This document shows positions 19,117 to 28,932 of a DNA stretch of 64,000 bases, one piece after another. The notes beneath the pieces were generated by a model. The model saw nothing but the letters and a program-made list of their open reading frames with translations. It did not search any database and was not told the DNA's origin. How positions within the stretch are numbered: position 1 is the first letter of the stretch; each line of letters starts with the position of its first letter. Source of the stretch: Ignavibacteriota bacterium (GTDB lineage: Bacteria; Bacteroidota; Ignavibacteria; Palsa-1295); assembly GCA_963787835.1 (NCBI GenBank), contig CAWBEI010000002.1, positions 1,280,001 to 1,344,000 of the forward strand, read 5' to 3'. Both the position numbers and the translations under genes were made by a program.

Positions 19117-20460
19117 CTATTCCTTCACAAATTTCGCCCGTGAATGCCCATCGCTTACGAAATACACGCCGGATGGTAATGAGGAAATATCCAGGGTGTT
19201 ACCGGTTTGTTTTACTTCAAAGGTGCGGCCAAGCGGATCGGTAATTGTAATAGTCCCACCGGCATTCTCGACATTCAGGATGCTTGCGGCAGGATTGGGA
19301 TAAAGGAAGGCTTGTTGCGCCGATGAGGTCAATGGCTTTACCGAAGAAAAAAGAGGTTCTGATTTTGCAATGAATTGATCCCCCATAGGAGACCCCGTCA
19401 AAGCGTCAGAACGTGAGAAGACTCCGATCATCGACCCATCGGATAAAAACGTCAATCCGATTATAATAGCCGGAGCACCGAGTGTTGTATCAAATTCCAG
19501 CGTATCGATTTGCCAGGTCGAACCTAAATCGGTGCTCAAAGCAAAAAACCCCGGCCACCAATTTCCAAGGGAGTGCTGGAGGGCAATAACAGTATTGCTA
19601 TTGACGGGAGACTGGATGAGCTGTGTAAACGTATCTTCAGTAAATGCCCAATGATTTCCTCCGTCGAACGAACGAACGCAAGCGGATGTATCGTGAAAAG
19701 TCTTCCCGAGTTTACCCATAGAAAGGAGTAGTGTATCTCCGTTTCCTATTGAAGCATTTGAATAGGAATGAGCCAACGGACTAGGACCGTGCCAGCCGAA
19801 AGGATAAAAAGAAGAATCAACCGTTTGCCAATCGTCGGAAGTAGTGTAGATACCACTTGCACTTTCAAAAACTCTGAATATTCCATCGCCATAGGAATGA
19901 CAGGAGATCGGGAAATCATTGACCGAATCCGGTACAAATGGAACGACCCGCCACCCACGCTCATCCGTAAGCACGAGAATAACGGAAGGATCTATCCCGA
20001 TAATAATCCCCTGATCCAGCGAAGAGCAATGGACGCCGATAAAATTCGATTGTACAATGGGATTCATTCTTGACCATGTGTTCCCAGCGTCATACGTCAT
20101 AACTATTCCACTATCGCCAACGGCAATTGCGACGAGGGAATCGATGAGATCGACAGAGTTAAGCGGGAAAGAAACCGAGGAACTATTACTTGGCTGCAAA
20201 CCAGGGTCCTGCATGCGCCAGGTATGGCCGCCGTCATCCGATCTCCAAAAGACGGAGCGAGTCTCGTAATCCGTGAGAGATATGCGAGTCTCTTGCTGAG
20301 CGATGTACAGATAAGTGTTTCCAAACACGGACATGGATGCGTAAGGAAAATAACCTATGGAATCCGGTTTAACCACGTTCCACCGCACTTGCGCGTGCAA
20401 GCCAGGAACGAATGCGACGATGGAGAACAGGATGATAAGAACAAGTTTTGATCTGTGCAT
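19117..20460 (-). CDS. Secreted Asp-box beta-propeller protein with T9SS type A CTD, copy 4
   Basis: Signal peptide LHA-Q; SDDGGHTW, SFDGGNHW, STDLGSTW; CTD LYPNPA...KFVKE. Confidence 0.88.
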   Translation of the reverse strand: MHRSKLVLIILFSIVAFVPGLHAQVRWNVVKPDSIGYFPYASMSVFGNTYLYIAQQETRISLTDYETRSVFWRSDDGGHTWRMQDPGLQPSNSSSVSFPLNSVDLIDSLVAIAVGDSGIVMTYDAGNTWSRMNPIVQSNFIGVHCSSLDQGIIIGIDPSVILVLTDERGWRVVPFVPDSVNDFPISCHSYGDGIFRVFESASGIYTTSDDWQTVDSSFYPFGWHGPSPLAHSYSNASIGNGDTLLLSMGKLGKTFHDTSACVRSFDGGNHWAFTEDTFTQLIQSPVNSNTVIALQHSLGNWWPGFFALSTDLGSTWQIDTLEFDTTLGAPAIIIGLTFLSDGSMIGVFSRSDALTGSPMGDQFIAKSEPLFSSVKPLTSSAQQAFLYPNPAASILNVENAGGTITITDPLGRTFEVKQTGNTLDISSLPSGVYFVSDGHSRAKFVKE

Positions 20461-20465
20461 AAAGT

Positions 20466-21788
20466 TTATTCCTTCACAAATTTCGCCCGTGAATGCCCAT
20501 CGCTTATGAAATACACACCGGAGGGTAGTGCGGAGACATCGAGCGTGTTGCCAGTTCGCTTTGCTTCGTAAGTTCGGCCAAGGGGATCGAGAATAGCAAC
20601 AAGGCTTTCGGAGTTTGCGACCGTAATAGTGCCACTGGCTGGGTTTGGATAGACGGCCAGATTGGACTGCATCGTCTTGGGTTCCTCGACACTGGAAGAT
20701 GAGGGTTCTAAATAGGCCAGCACATCACCATTACTGCTGTCAAGTATGATTGATGCAATAACACGCCCGGATCCAGTTATGGCAACAGAATTTATCTCGT
20801 TATACGGCATTCCATTGTCGAGCGGCACCGTCTCAAGTTTCCAAGTCGCTCCGTGGTCGGTGGTGATGATGATCTGACCAAGCGGATCGATGCCAGCAAT
20901 AACAATGATTTGCTGGTCAATTGGCGTTACGAATTGAGGATTCATTGCTACCGTCGTTGGCAAAGGCAATACTGACCATTGCTTGCCTAAGTCCGATGAG
21001 GAAGCCAGCATCACGGAATAACGCGTGGCAATGCCACCGGTCTTATACAGGGCAAGGACCGCTAAAGAGTCATTACCGCCAAAAACTAACATTTGCGGGA
21101 TGACTTGTGGGTTCAGGAGTGAATCGCTCAATGTAAAAGTAGCAGTATCGTTCGTACTCCAATTATTGTGCGTGGTGTAGATATACTCTGGAGGGTGGAA
21201 AACACGAAACATCCCCATGCCATACGAATGATAGGCTGCAGGGCCTTGAAAGGTAACAGGAGTCCAGTGATTTCCGGTATCGATCGTTGAAAGGTAACTA
21301 AAGCCTTCATTTATCATCCCCTCAGCTACATTAGCAAACTTGATTCCATAAAAAGAAGGGTAGTTATTAAAACTGGAATCAATCCTGATTGTTTTCCAGC
21401 CGTCGAATGTGCGAACGATCACTCCAGCTTCTTCATCAACCGCAATGGCATCAAGGGAATCTATCTGTTGCACGCTGGAGTATAGAAGTCTAGTCCTTCC
21501 AGTAGAGTCGTACTTCCATTGTGGTACAGAATCCCCCGCGGCCCAGGTAAGTCCTCCATCCGTGCTGTGAATGATGACATTAGAATCCACATCGTAAATG
21601 GTGTAACTGGCGCTATAATAAATCGAACAAGTATCCACTATTATGGCAGTGCAATTATCTCCAGAACACGAGATGCTCGTGACACCGGGATAATGCTGCA
21701 CAATATGCCACCGGTATTGAGCCTCAGCACCAGAGGCGAACGCAAGGCAGATGGCGAGCACGAGCAGGGATAATCTAATTTTCAGCAT
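20466..21788 (-). CDS. Secreted Asp-box beta-propeller protein with T9SS type A CTD, copy 5 (first transcribed)
   Basis: Start moved to MLKIRLSLL (21788), which gives a clean signal peptide AEA-Q; STDGGLTW, TTDHGATW; CTD VYPNPA...KFVKE. Confidence 0.88.
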   Translation of the reverse strand: MLKIRLSLLVLAICLAFASGAEAQYRWHIVQHYPGVTSISCSGDNCTAIIVDTCSIYYSASYTIYDVDSNVIIHSTDGGLTWAAGDSVPQWKYDSTGRTRLLYSSVQQIDSLDAIAVDEEAGVIVRTFDGWKTIRIDSSFNNYPSFYGIKFANVAEGMINEGFSYLSTIDTGNHWTPVTFQGPAAYHSYGMGMFRVFHPPEYIYTTHNNWSTNDTATFTLSDSLLNPQVIPQMLVFGGNDSLAVLALYKTGGIATRYSVMLASSSDLGKQWSVLPLPTTVAMNPQFVTPIDQQIIVIAGIDPLGQIIITTDHGATWKLETVPLDNGMPYNEINSVAITGSGRVIASIILDSSNGDVLAYLEPSSSSVEEPKTMQSNLAVYPNPASGTITVANSESLVAILDPLGRTYEAKRTGNTLDVSALPSGVYFISDGHSRAKFVKE

Positions 21789-21846
21789 AGCGTTGCAGGA
21801 TATGTTGTAACGAAGACAGGGGATTACTAAGCAGAACACCCCCCCC

Positions 21847-21886
21847 ATAGTTTAAAACGCACGGGGTCGCTCGGGTTACAAAAAAA
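21847..21886 (-). promoter_or_regulatory. Putative ECF-sigma promoter of the T9SS paralog array (TGTAAC-N15-CGTT)
   Basis: Minus strand reads TTTTTTTGTAACCCGAGCGACCCCGTGCGTTTTAAACTAT; 33/35 identical to 51528-51562. Confidence 0.65.
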
Positions 21887-21944
21887 TCTTTGGCAAAATA
21901 CGTGTCGAAGAGACAACCGTCAACCTATTTCGGAAATGACAACC

Positions 21945-23427
21945 CTATTCCTCGATCCCTGCCAGCTTTTTCAGTTTATGGATCTCCTGCGGGGTAAGTG
22001 GGCGGGATTCGCCGCGCGACATGCCGCGGTGAGTGAGTCCTGCAAAGGTGACGCGGTCGAGCTTCTCAACATCGTATCCTAAGGTTTCAAAGATACGGCG
22101 CACTTCGCGGTTCTTTCCTTCCTTAATTTTCAACTCAATCTCCATGGGCGTTTCCATAATGGAAAGTTCCGCCGGGCCGGTCACATCGCCTTCGCCAATA
22201 TCAATTCCACCGGCCGCGATCTTCTTTGCGTCGTTGATCTCTAATTTTTTATCCAGCGTAACATGATATTCGCGCTCGATCTCGAAACTTGGGTGTGTGA
22301 GCCGGTTCGTTAGCTCGCCATCGTTCGTCAGTAAAAGCACGCCGGTAGTGTTGCGGTCCAGCCTGCCGACGGGATACACGCGCTCCTGCGTGTTTACATA
22401 GTCGAGCACGGTTGTGCGATCTTTTTCATCGCTCGTAGTGGTGATCGTATCCTTCGGCTTGTTCAGCAAAAGATAAAGATACCGAGGCCGCAGCGAAATA
22501 GTCTCGCCATTCACGGTCACATGATCTTCATACGCCTTCACTTGCACGCCCAGTTCAGTAACGACTTTCCCGTTAATCGTTACCAAACCTTTGGTGATAA
22601 GCTTCATCCGCTTTACGTCGGGAAGTAATTCCTGCATTCGATATAAATTTATTGAGCCGCACAGTTCCCGTCTCACCGAGATTACTTGGCACACCCGGCG
22701 GAGCTTTTTCCGGTGTTTTCCTGACGCGCTTTAATGCAAGCGGCGCTGGAGTTAAGCTTGGTACTGTTATTACTTTCGGCTCTTTTCCACGAATGGTAAG
22801 CGAAGTTGGTCGCGGCGATGCAGGCCTCAGTGAAGCAGGCCTGGGTGATGCAAACCGTGGCGGAAAAACTTTTTTGCCACGCGGAGCGCCAGAGGAAGGA
22901 CCGTCTAATCTCTTTCGCGGTGGGCCGCTTCGTGAACCATCTCGTGGGGTAAAAGGCCGGGAACCGGTTCGTGGCGTGAAACTTCGTTCTCCGGTTCGTG
23001 GCGTAAGGCTTCTCGCGCCTGTTCGCGGTGCGGCGATTCGGGTTCCTGTTCTTGGTGTCAGGCTTCGTGCGCCTGTTCTTGGTGTTAGGCTTCTTGTGCC
23101 ACTTCTGGGCCCGGTGTTTCGAGAAGGTGTTCGTGGAGTTACCGGCCGCGGTCCCTTGCTAAATCCTTCTCGAGGCTTTGCACTGCGTGGGCGTGATGGT
23201 GAAGATGCACGGGGGCCGTCGCTTCCCGCCGGACGGTCTGTTCTCTTCACCAATTTCGATAGTGAAGAGGATGCCGGTTTTGCACTGTGAACTCGTGGTC
23301 TGTCACCCATCGGTTTTGCTTTGAGGGCAGGTCGGCGGCCTGCCGCAGATGTGGATACCGTGCGTCTCGCCGGACGTGCAGGCGGCTTACCGGTCGATCG
23401 TTTTATTGGACGGCGTGGTGGAGGCAT
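21945..23427 (-). pseudogene. rluB: RsuA/RluB-family pseudouridine synthase with a long Arg/Pro-rich N-terminal extension, interrupted by a +1 frameshift near 22602
   Basis: S4 domain RLNKFISNAGITSRRKADE (frame of ORF 22573..23481) continues as LITKGLVTINGK in the frame of ORF 21945..22694; catalytic YPVGRLDRNTTG intact; scpA-scpB-rluB synteny. May be a sequencing error rather than a pseudogene. Confidence 0.8.
22933..23094 (-). repeat. Six tandem 27-nt (9-aa) coding repeats, RSLTPRTGA-like
   Basis: RSLTPRTGA RSLTPRTGT RIAAPRTGA RSLTPRTGE RSFTPRTGS RPFTPRDGS. Confidence 0.85.
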
Positions 23428-23443
23428 ACTTGTAGTTGGTGGT

Positions 23444-24400
23444 TTATTCTGATCCCACGCCGCTTTCGGCGGATGTATCATCTTCGATGGACGAAGTGTT
23501 TTCCATCATCGCGATCTCGGCAAGATCTGACTCCTCAGAGAATTCGGTAAGTTCCCGAGCCGCGGCAATGGCTTCATCGACGGTCACATCGTTCTCAGAT
23601 TCTGAATATTCTGCATCGACAAATTCGGTGGCCGCTTCTTCCAGAGTGGTCGCGCGAACGGATTCTTCCTTCATCAATTCATCGATCTCGCGCGGACGTG
23701 GAAGATCCTGAATGCGCGGAAGCCCGAAATGACGAAGGAAATCGACGGTGGTTCCATAGAGTAATGGGCGTCCCACGGTTTCTGCGCGGCCTGTAATGGT
23801 AACGAGATTTTTTTCCAAAAGCGATTTCAGAACTTCATCGCAATTAACGCCGCGAATATTTTCGATGTCATTCTTGGTGATAGGCTGCTTGTAGGCAATA
23901 ATGGCAAGCGATTCCAGCGCCGCACCCGAAAGCCTTCTGCGCGATTTTTCTTTGAAGAGCCGCGCGACATATTCTCCAAATTCCGGCCTCGTTGAAAATT
24001 GATATCCTCCTGCGATCTCAATGAGACGGAACGCGCGTCCGCTTGCTTCATAGCTCGCATTCAGAAGCTCCACAGCATCGTGGATGAGCGGAAGCTCGAT
24101 AAGCTGGCGTTTCTTCCGTTTCTTTTCTGGAACAGGGGCAGGTTCAGCGAACGCTTCAGTTGGTGGTTCCGCAGGGCCAGCCGCGACATCCATTTCTGGA
24201 TTGAGCGCGAACGGAGTTTCCATCAAAGGAGATGTTTCATCCAAACCCAATTGATCTTCGACGACGGGTGCTGGCTTTTCCTCTGGGATAAATTCTTCGC
24301 CGAGCACGAGTGCGCGTAGTTCCTGCACGCTCAGTGGCTCATCACTCGCAAAGAGCAATGCTTCGATTATGGGTGCGAGCGATTCGGGAGTGTAGGTCAT
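23444..24400 (-). CDS. scpB: SMC-Scp complex subunit ScpB
   Basis: IEALLFASDEPLS, LSGAALESLAIIAYKQPIT, IRGVN, GRPLLYGTT..FL..FGL. Confidence 0.95.
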   Translation of the reverse strand: MTYTPESLAPIIEALLFASDEPLSVQELRALVLGEEFIPEEKPAPVVEDQLGLDETSPLMETPFALNPEMDVAAGPAEPPTEAFAEPAPVPEKKRKKRQLIELPLIHDAVELLNASYEASGRAFRLIEIAGGYQFSTRPEFGEYVARLFKEKSRRRLSGAALESLAIIAYKQPITKNDIENIRGVNCDEVLKSLLEKNLVTITGRAETVGRPLLYGTTVDFLRHFGLPRIQDLPRPREIDELMKEESVRATTLEEAATEFVDAEYSESENDVTVDEAIAAARELTEFSEESDLAEIAMMENTSSIEDDTSAESGVGSE

Positions 24401-24403
24401 CGG

Positions 24404-25279
24404 TTATGGCTGAAACAAAATTATATCATCGAATATCCCGTGCTGTCGCAGCGCGATCAGGCGATTGCGCACAAGATCGAGAATGGCAATGAACGTCACG
24501 GCGATGCGGAGCTTAAGACCGGGTGGGAAATCTTCAACGTCTCCATCTTCCAAAAATTCTGCGAAAATATCGGCAAAATTAACTTCACCGCGCATGGAAA
24601 CAGTCGTTAGCACCATCTCCGATTGCTCTTCGACCGATACTGGTATCAGATCGACATCATGCGTTCGCTTGATGCGCGGCGCCCGTTCTATCGCGCGGCG
24701 GAAGGCGTTCATCAGATGAAAGATGGTCACATTCTTCAGCAGATTCTCTTCTTCCTGTGGCGCTTCGGTACGCTCGTCGGAAGCGTAGTATTGCCGGAAA
24801 TAGACCTTTCGCTGCTCCTCGCTCATGGTGAGTAGTTCTTCAGCCATCTCCTTGAAACGGCGATATTCCAGCAGGCGTCTCACCAGGTCGGTGCGTGGGT
24901 CATCTTCTTCGACGCCATCAACGCGCTCCTCGCGGGGAAGCAGCATTTTCGCCTTGATCTGGCATAGCTCTGCCGCTACGACGATGAACTCCCCGGCAAT
25001 TTCGAGATCCAGTGCAGCCATAAGGCGCAGATATTCCAGGAATTCTCGCGTGATGCGGGTGATCGGGATATCGTAAATATCCAGCTCATCGCGTTTAATA
25101 AAGAACAGCAGCAGGTCGAGCGGCCCCTCGAACACGGATGAGCGATCATCCTTCGAGAGCCGAACTTTGTAGATAGGCTGCGCGGTCATGCTCGGCGGGG
25201 CCTGAGCATCGCGTTCAACGGTTTCGGTCAATGATTCGGAAAGCACCTCCATTGACACTCTAATCAATTCTGCGCCCAA
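24404..25279 (-). CDS. scpA: SMC-Scp complex subunit ScpA (true start may be 25250 or 25189)
   Basis: FEGPLDLLLFFIK, IKAKMLLP, DPRTDLVRRLLEYRRFK, TFIAILDL. Confidence 0.95.
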   Translation of the reverse strand: MGAELIRVSMEVLSESLTETVERDAQAPPSMTAQPIYKVRLSKDDRSSVFEGPLDLLLFFIKRDELDIYDIPITRITREFLEYLRLMAALDLEIAGEFIVVAAELCQIKAKMLLPREERVDGVEEDDPRTDLVRRLLEYRRFKEMAEELLTMSEEQRKVYFRQYYASDERTEAPQEEENLLKNVTIFHLMNAFRRAIERAPRIKRTHDVDLIPVSVEEQSEMVLTTVSMRGEVNFADIFAEFLEDGDVEDFPPGLKLRIAVTFIAILDLVRNRLIALRQHGIFDDIILFQP

Positions 25280-25408
25280 TTAGATTCGGCAAACCTCAAA
25301 TTTCTTTAATTTTTAAGGAAACGTGGTAGGTTTTTGGATGTTATTGCTTTGCTTATTCTTCTTGCTCGAACCGCCTCGCCATTTTCTCACAATAATCCTC
25401 TTACGCCC

Positions 25409-27256
25409 ATGCCTGATTTGCCAGAGATAACCGCTCGCCCGAACCACATTCCACTTCGTGATTTTTTTCGCAATCCTGAGCGAACAGCTTATAGAATTTC
25501 TCCCGATGGTAAGTTCGTCTCTCATACAGAACCGCTCGAGCGCCGGATGAATGTGTTCGTCGAGCCTCGCGGTGAGATCGGGCAAGGGAAATCCGTCCGT
25601 GTTACGTCCGAAACCACGCGGGACATCACCAGCTACGGTTGGAAGAATAACGACACCCTCATCTACGTCCGAGATTTCGATGGCGATGAAAATTTTCACC
25701 TTTTTGCCGTCGATAAGGAAGGCAAGAACGCACGCGATCTTACGCCATTCCCAGGGGTAAAAGTGGAAATTGTCGATGAACTGGAGGATATCGATAACGA
25801 GGTCTTGATCGGAATGAACAAGCGCGATCCCGAATGCTTCGATGTGTATCGGGTGAACATCATGACCGGTGCAATGTCGCTGGTTACCGAAAATCCCGGC
25901 GGAATTGTGCAATGGGGAACCGACCACACGGGTGCCGTCCGCATCGCGATCCGTACCGATGGAGTGAACAATACGCTGCTGTATCGTGACAAGGAAGGTG
26001 ACGAGTTCCGCGAGATCCTCACCACCACCTTTAAGGAATCGCTCTTTCCACTCTTTTTTACATTCGATAATGCCGCCATCTACGCTGCGAGCAATCTGGG
26101 CCGAGATCGAATCGCAATTGTCAAGTACGATATTGCGAATGCTCGGGAACTTGAAGTCATTTTCGAGCACCCGGAAGTGGATGTCGATGGTCTGGAATTT
26201 TCTCGTAAGCGAAATGTGCTGACCACCATCCGTTACACCACCTGGAAGATGCAGCGGGAGTTCCTGGATGAGATCACGAAAGACCTCTTTGCACGGCTAA
26301 CAGCTAAACTTCCCAACTATGAACTGACGCTGATCGATCATACGAAGGACGAGCAGGTCTTTATCGTCAGAACGTCCAGCGACCGCTCGCTGGGAGCATT
26401 CTATCTCTATGATCTTGCAGCCGACCGGCTCGATAAGCTTGCCGATGTTGCTTCATGGCTTCCGGAAGATCAACTTGCACCGATGAAGCCTATTACATAC
26501 ACCTCACGGGATGGGCTGACGATCCATGGCTATCTCACACTTCCGGTTGGGATAGAAGCAAAGAATCTGCCCGTCGTGGTTAATCCTCATGGCGGGCCGT
26601 GGGTGCGTGATGAGTGGAGATACAATCCGGAAGTGCAGTTTCTGGCAAGTAGGGGGTATGCTGTGTTGCAGGTGAACTATCGAGGTTCAACCGGATATGG
26701 CCGCAAGTTCTGGGAAGCATCCTTCAAGCAATGGGGAAGGAAAATGCAGGACGATGTCAGCGATGGTGTGCAGTGGCTTATCAAGGAAGGCATTGCCGAT
26801 CCGAACCGAGTCGGCATCTATGGCGGAAGTTATGGCGGATATTGCACGTTGGCCGGGCTTACCTTCTCGCCGGAGCTGTATGCCTGTGGTATTGATTATG
26901 TGGGCGTTTCCAATCTGTTCACCTTTATGAAGACGATCCCACCCTATTGGAAGCCCATGCTGGAATCCATGTATGAAATGGTCGGGAACCCGGAGAAGGA
27001 CATGGAACTCATGAGAGCCGCGAGTCCCGTGTTCCATGTGGATAATATTCGCGCGCCGCTATTTGTTATTCAGGGTGCAAAGGATCCGCGTGTGAACATC
27101 GAAGAATCGAACCAGATTGTCGAAGCACTCCGAAAACGAGGCATCGACGTGCCGTATCTCGTAAAGGAAAACGAAGGTCACGGCTTCCACAACGAAGAGA
27201 ACCGCTTCGAAGTCTATGAAGCCATGGAAGGATTTTTAGAGAAACATTTGAATTAA
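25409..27256 (+). CDS. S9 family (prolyl oligopeptidase / acylaminoacyl) peptidase
   Basis: PHGGPW, NYRGSTGYG, nucleophile GGSYGG, DPRV, EGHGF. ATG 25409 preferred over TTG 25334. Confidence 0.95.
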   Translation: MPDLPEITARPNHIPLRDFFRNPERTAYRISPDGKFVSHTEPLERRMNVFVEPRGEIGQGKSVRVTSETTRDITSYGWKNNDTLIYVRDFDGDENFHLFAVDKEGKNARDLTPFPGVKVEIVDELEDIDNEVLIGMNKRDPECFDVYRVNIMTGAMSLVTENPGGIVQWGTDHTGAVRIAIRTDGVNNTLLYRDKEGDEFREILTTTFKESLFPLFFTFDNAAIYAASNLGRDRIAIVKYDIANARELEVIFEHPEVDVDGLEFSRKRNVLTTIRYTTWKMQREFLDEITKDLFARLTAKLPNYELTLIDHTKDEQVFIVRTSSDRSLGAFYLYDLAADRLDKLADVASWLPEDQLAPMKPITYTSRDGLTIHGYLTLPVGIEAKNLPVVVNPHGGPWVRDEWRYNPEVQFLASRGYAVLQVNYRGSTGYGRKFWEASFKQWGRKMQDDVSDGVQWLIKEGIADPNRVGIYGGSYGGYCTLAGLTFSPELYACGIDYVGVSNLFTFMKTIPPYWKPMLESMYEMVGNPEKDMELMRAASPVFHVDNIRAPLFVIQGAKDPRVNIEESNQIVEALRKRGIDVPYLVKENEGHGFHNEENRFEVYEAMEGFLEKHLN

Positions 27257-27294
27257 CCGGGAATACGAATTTGAGTATAATGCAATGATGCGAA

Positions 27295-28296
27295 CTACAC
27301 AATCAAGCCCATCTTCCGCTTCACATCGATTAATCGTGGTTCCGAAATGCCGCGGGCTTTTTCGGCGCCGAGTTTCATCAGGCGTTCGAGTTCCGCGCGG
27401 TGGGAGATGATCTCGCGGTGGCGTGCACGTATCCGCTCGGTGGATGAGATTACCACTTCAGCAACAGCTTTTTTCAGATCGCCATAGCCGCGCGCATTTG
27501 CAAAATCCAATTCCACAGCTTCCTGCGATTTTCCGGTCAGCGCCTGATAGATCGTAAGCAGATTGTTGACACCAGCCTTTTCAATATCTTTCGAAAAACG
27601 AATTTCGGAACCCGAATCTGTTTTTGAGCGCATGATGGAGCGCTCAATGTCCTTCGGATCATCGAGGAGTCGAATCGCATGACCTTTTATATGCGCCGAG
27701 CTTTTCGACATTTTTGCAGTTGGATCGTCGAGTCCCATTATTCGAGCGCCGGCAGCGGCGATCACCGGCTCGGGAACGATGAACGTCTCGCCATACAGGT
27801 GATTGAACCGCTCCGCAATATTACGCGCAAGTTCCACATGCTGCTTCTGGTCCTCGCCAACAGGAACGTCGTGTGTATCGTAGAATAGAATGTCCGCCGC
27901 CATAAGGACAGGATAATCGAACAGGCCGGTGAGTACGATCTCCTGCTTCGCCGATTTATCCTTATACTGCGTCATCTTTTTCAGCCATCCTTCGGGAGTG
28001 ATGCAGTTGAGCAACCACGCGCCTTCGGCATGAACGGTCACATGGCTTTGCACAAAGAGCGTACTTTTATTCGGGTCGAGGCCCACAGCGAGAAAAAGTG
28101 CCAGTAGTTCGAGCGTTCGCTCGCGCAGCATCTGCGGATCCTGCATCACGGTGAGCGCGTGCAGATCCACAATGCAGTAGATATTATCCTTCTCTGCATC
28201 GTTCTGTAACTCCACCCACCGCCGTACCGCACCGATATAGTTACCAATGTGGATCATCTCCGAGGGTTGTATGCCGCTAAAGACTCGTCGTTTCAA
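27295..28296 (-). CDS. trpS: Tryptophan--tRNA ligase
   Basis: FSGIQPS..IHIGNY, YPVLMAADIL, VPVGEDQKQH, KMSKS. Confidence 0.98.
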   Translation of the reverse strand: MKRRVFSGIQPSEMIHIGNYIGAVRRWVELQNDAEKDNIYCIVDLHALTVMQDPQMLRERTLELLALFLAVGLDPNKSTLFVQSHVTVHAEGAWLLNCITPEGWLKKMTQYKDKSAKQEIVLTGLFDYPVLMAADILFYDTHDVPVGEDQKQHVELARNIAERFNHLYGETFIVPEPVIAAAGARIMGLDDPTAKMSKSSAHIKGHAIRLLDDPKDIERSIMRSKTDSGSEIRFSKDIEKAGVNNLLTIYQALTGKSQEAVELDFANARGYGDLKKAVAEVVISSTERIRARHREIISHRAELERLMKLGAEKARGISEPRLIDVKRKMGLIV

Positions 28297-28305
28297 TGTC
28301 CTATT

Positions 28306-28644
28306 TCACCGCTTCAAATGTTCAATAAACTCACGCAATCCGTTCCAAACGTTGTCGCGATCATGGGAGAAAAGAATTCCGATCTTATCTTCAACTCTCG
28401 ACATCAGCAGCGTGCTCAATTTTTCGGCTCGGACAGTGGATGGCCGCATAAGGTTGCTCGCACGCCAATCCTCGATGGGAATATCATTTCCCCTTTTCGG
28501 AGCTTTTGTGGTAATGCGAGCCAGTAAAAGGTCGCCATCTTCTTGAAAAGAGAGAACCAAGGCAGGACGAAGTTTTTCGCGAGTACCGTCGCTGAAGGGA
28601 TATTCGATCAGGACGATGTCCCCGAATTGGAATTGCTCCGCCAT
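28306..28644 (-). CDS. PemK/MazF-family endoribonuclease toxin
   Basis: GDIVLIEYPFSDG...KLRPALVLS, ITTK, PSTVRAEKL; 112 aa. Confidence 0.85.
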   Translation of the reverse strand: MAEQFQFGDIVLIEYPFSDGTREKLRPALVLSFQEDGDLLLARITTKAPKRGNDIPIEDWRASNLMRPSTVRAEKLSTLLMSRVEDKIGILFSHDRDNVWNGLREFIEHLKR

Positions 28645-28850
28645 GCGTGATAGTGATCGTAAATGGAATCTTCTTCGTCATACCCTTCGAAGAACGACTC
28701 GAAGGCCATTCGTTCCCACGCTTCATCTTCCGAACGTTCAACATTCAGCGGCCGAGCGACGATTTCGACTTTCTGGCCTTGAGGAAATGGCAATGAAAGG
28801 ACGACCTGTCCCTGTTGGTTCACCGTTGCCTGGCCATGATACGTTTGCAT
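28608..28850 (-). CDS. Putative antitoxin (AbrB-like N-terminus, acidic C-terminus)
   Basis: 80 aa directly upstream of and overlapping the toxin; acidic tail SEDEAWERMAFESFFEGYDEEDSIYD. Confidence 0.7.
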   Translation of the reverse strand: MQTYHGQATVNQQGQVVLSLPFPQGQKVEIVARPLNVERSEDEAWERMAFESFFEGYDEEDSIYDHYHAWRSNSNSGTSS

Positions 28851-28932
28851 AAAAAGGCGAACGAAATATGCACTGTGGAAGTGCCCATGTCATAGTGAAT
28901 CATTAGGGTATCTCAAGCGTACTACATGCCCA

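Noticed and set aside
14831-21788. Diversity-generating retroelement, integron or shufflon behind the paralog array
   Set aside because: No reverse transcriptase, integrase or invertase in the window; differences between repeats are not adenine-specific; no clear attC boxes; all copies are co-oriented.
22652-23290. 212-aa plus-strand ORF
   Set aside because: Antisense shadow of the GC-rich repetitive rluB extension.
25313-26170. 285-aa minus-strand ORF
   Set aside because: Antisense to the S9 peptidase and without motifs.
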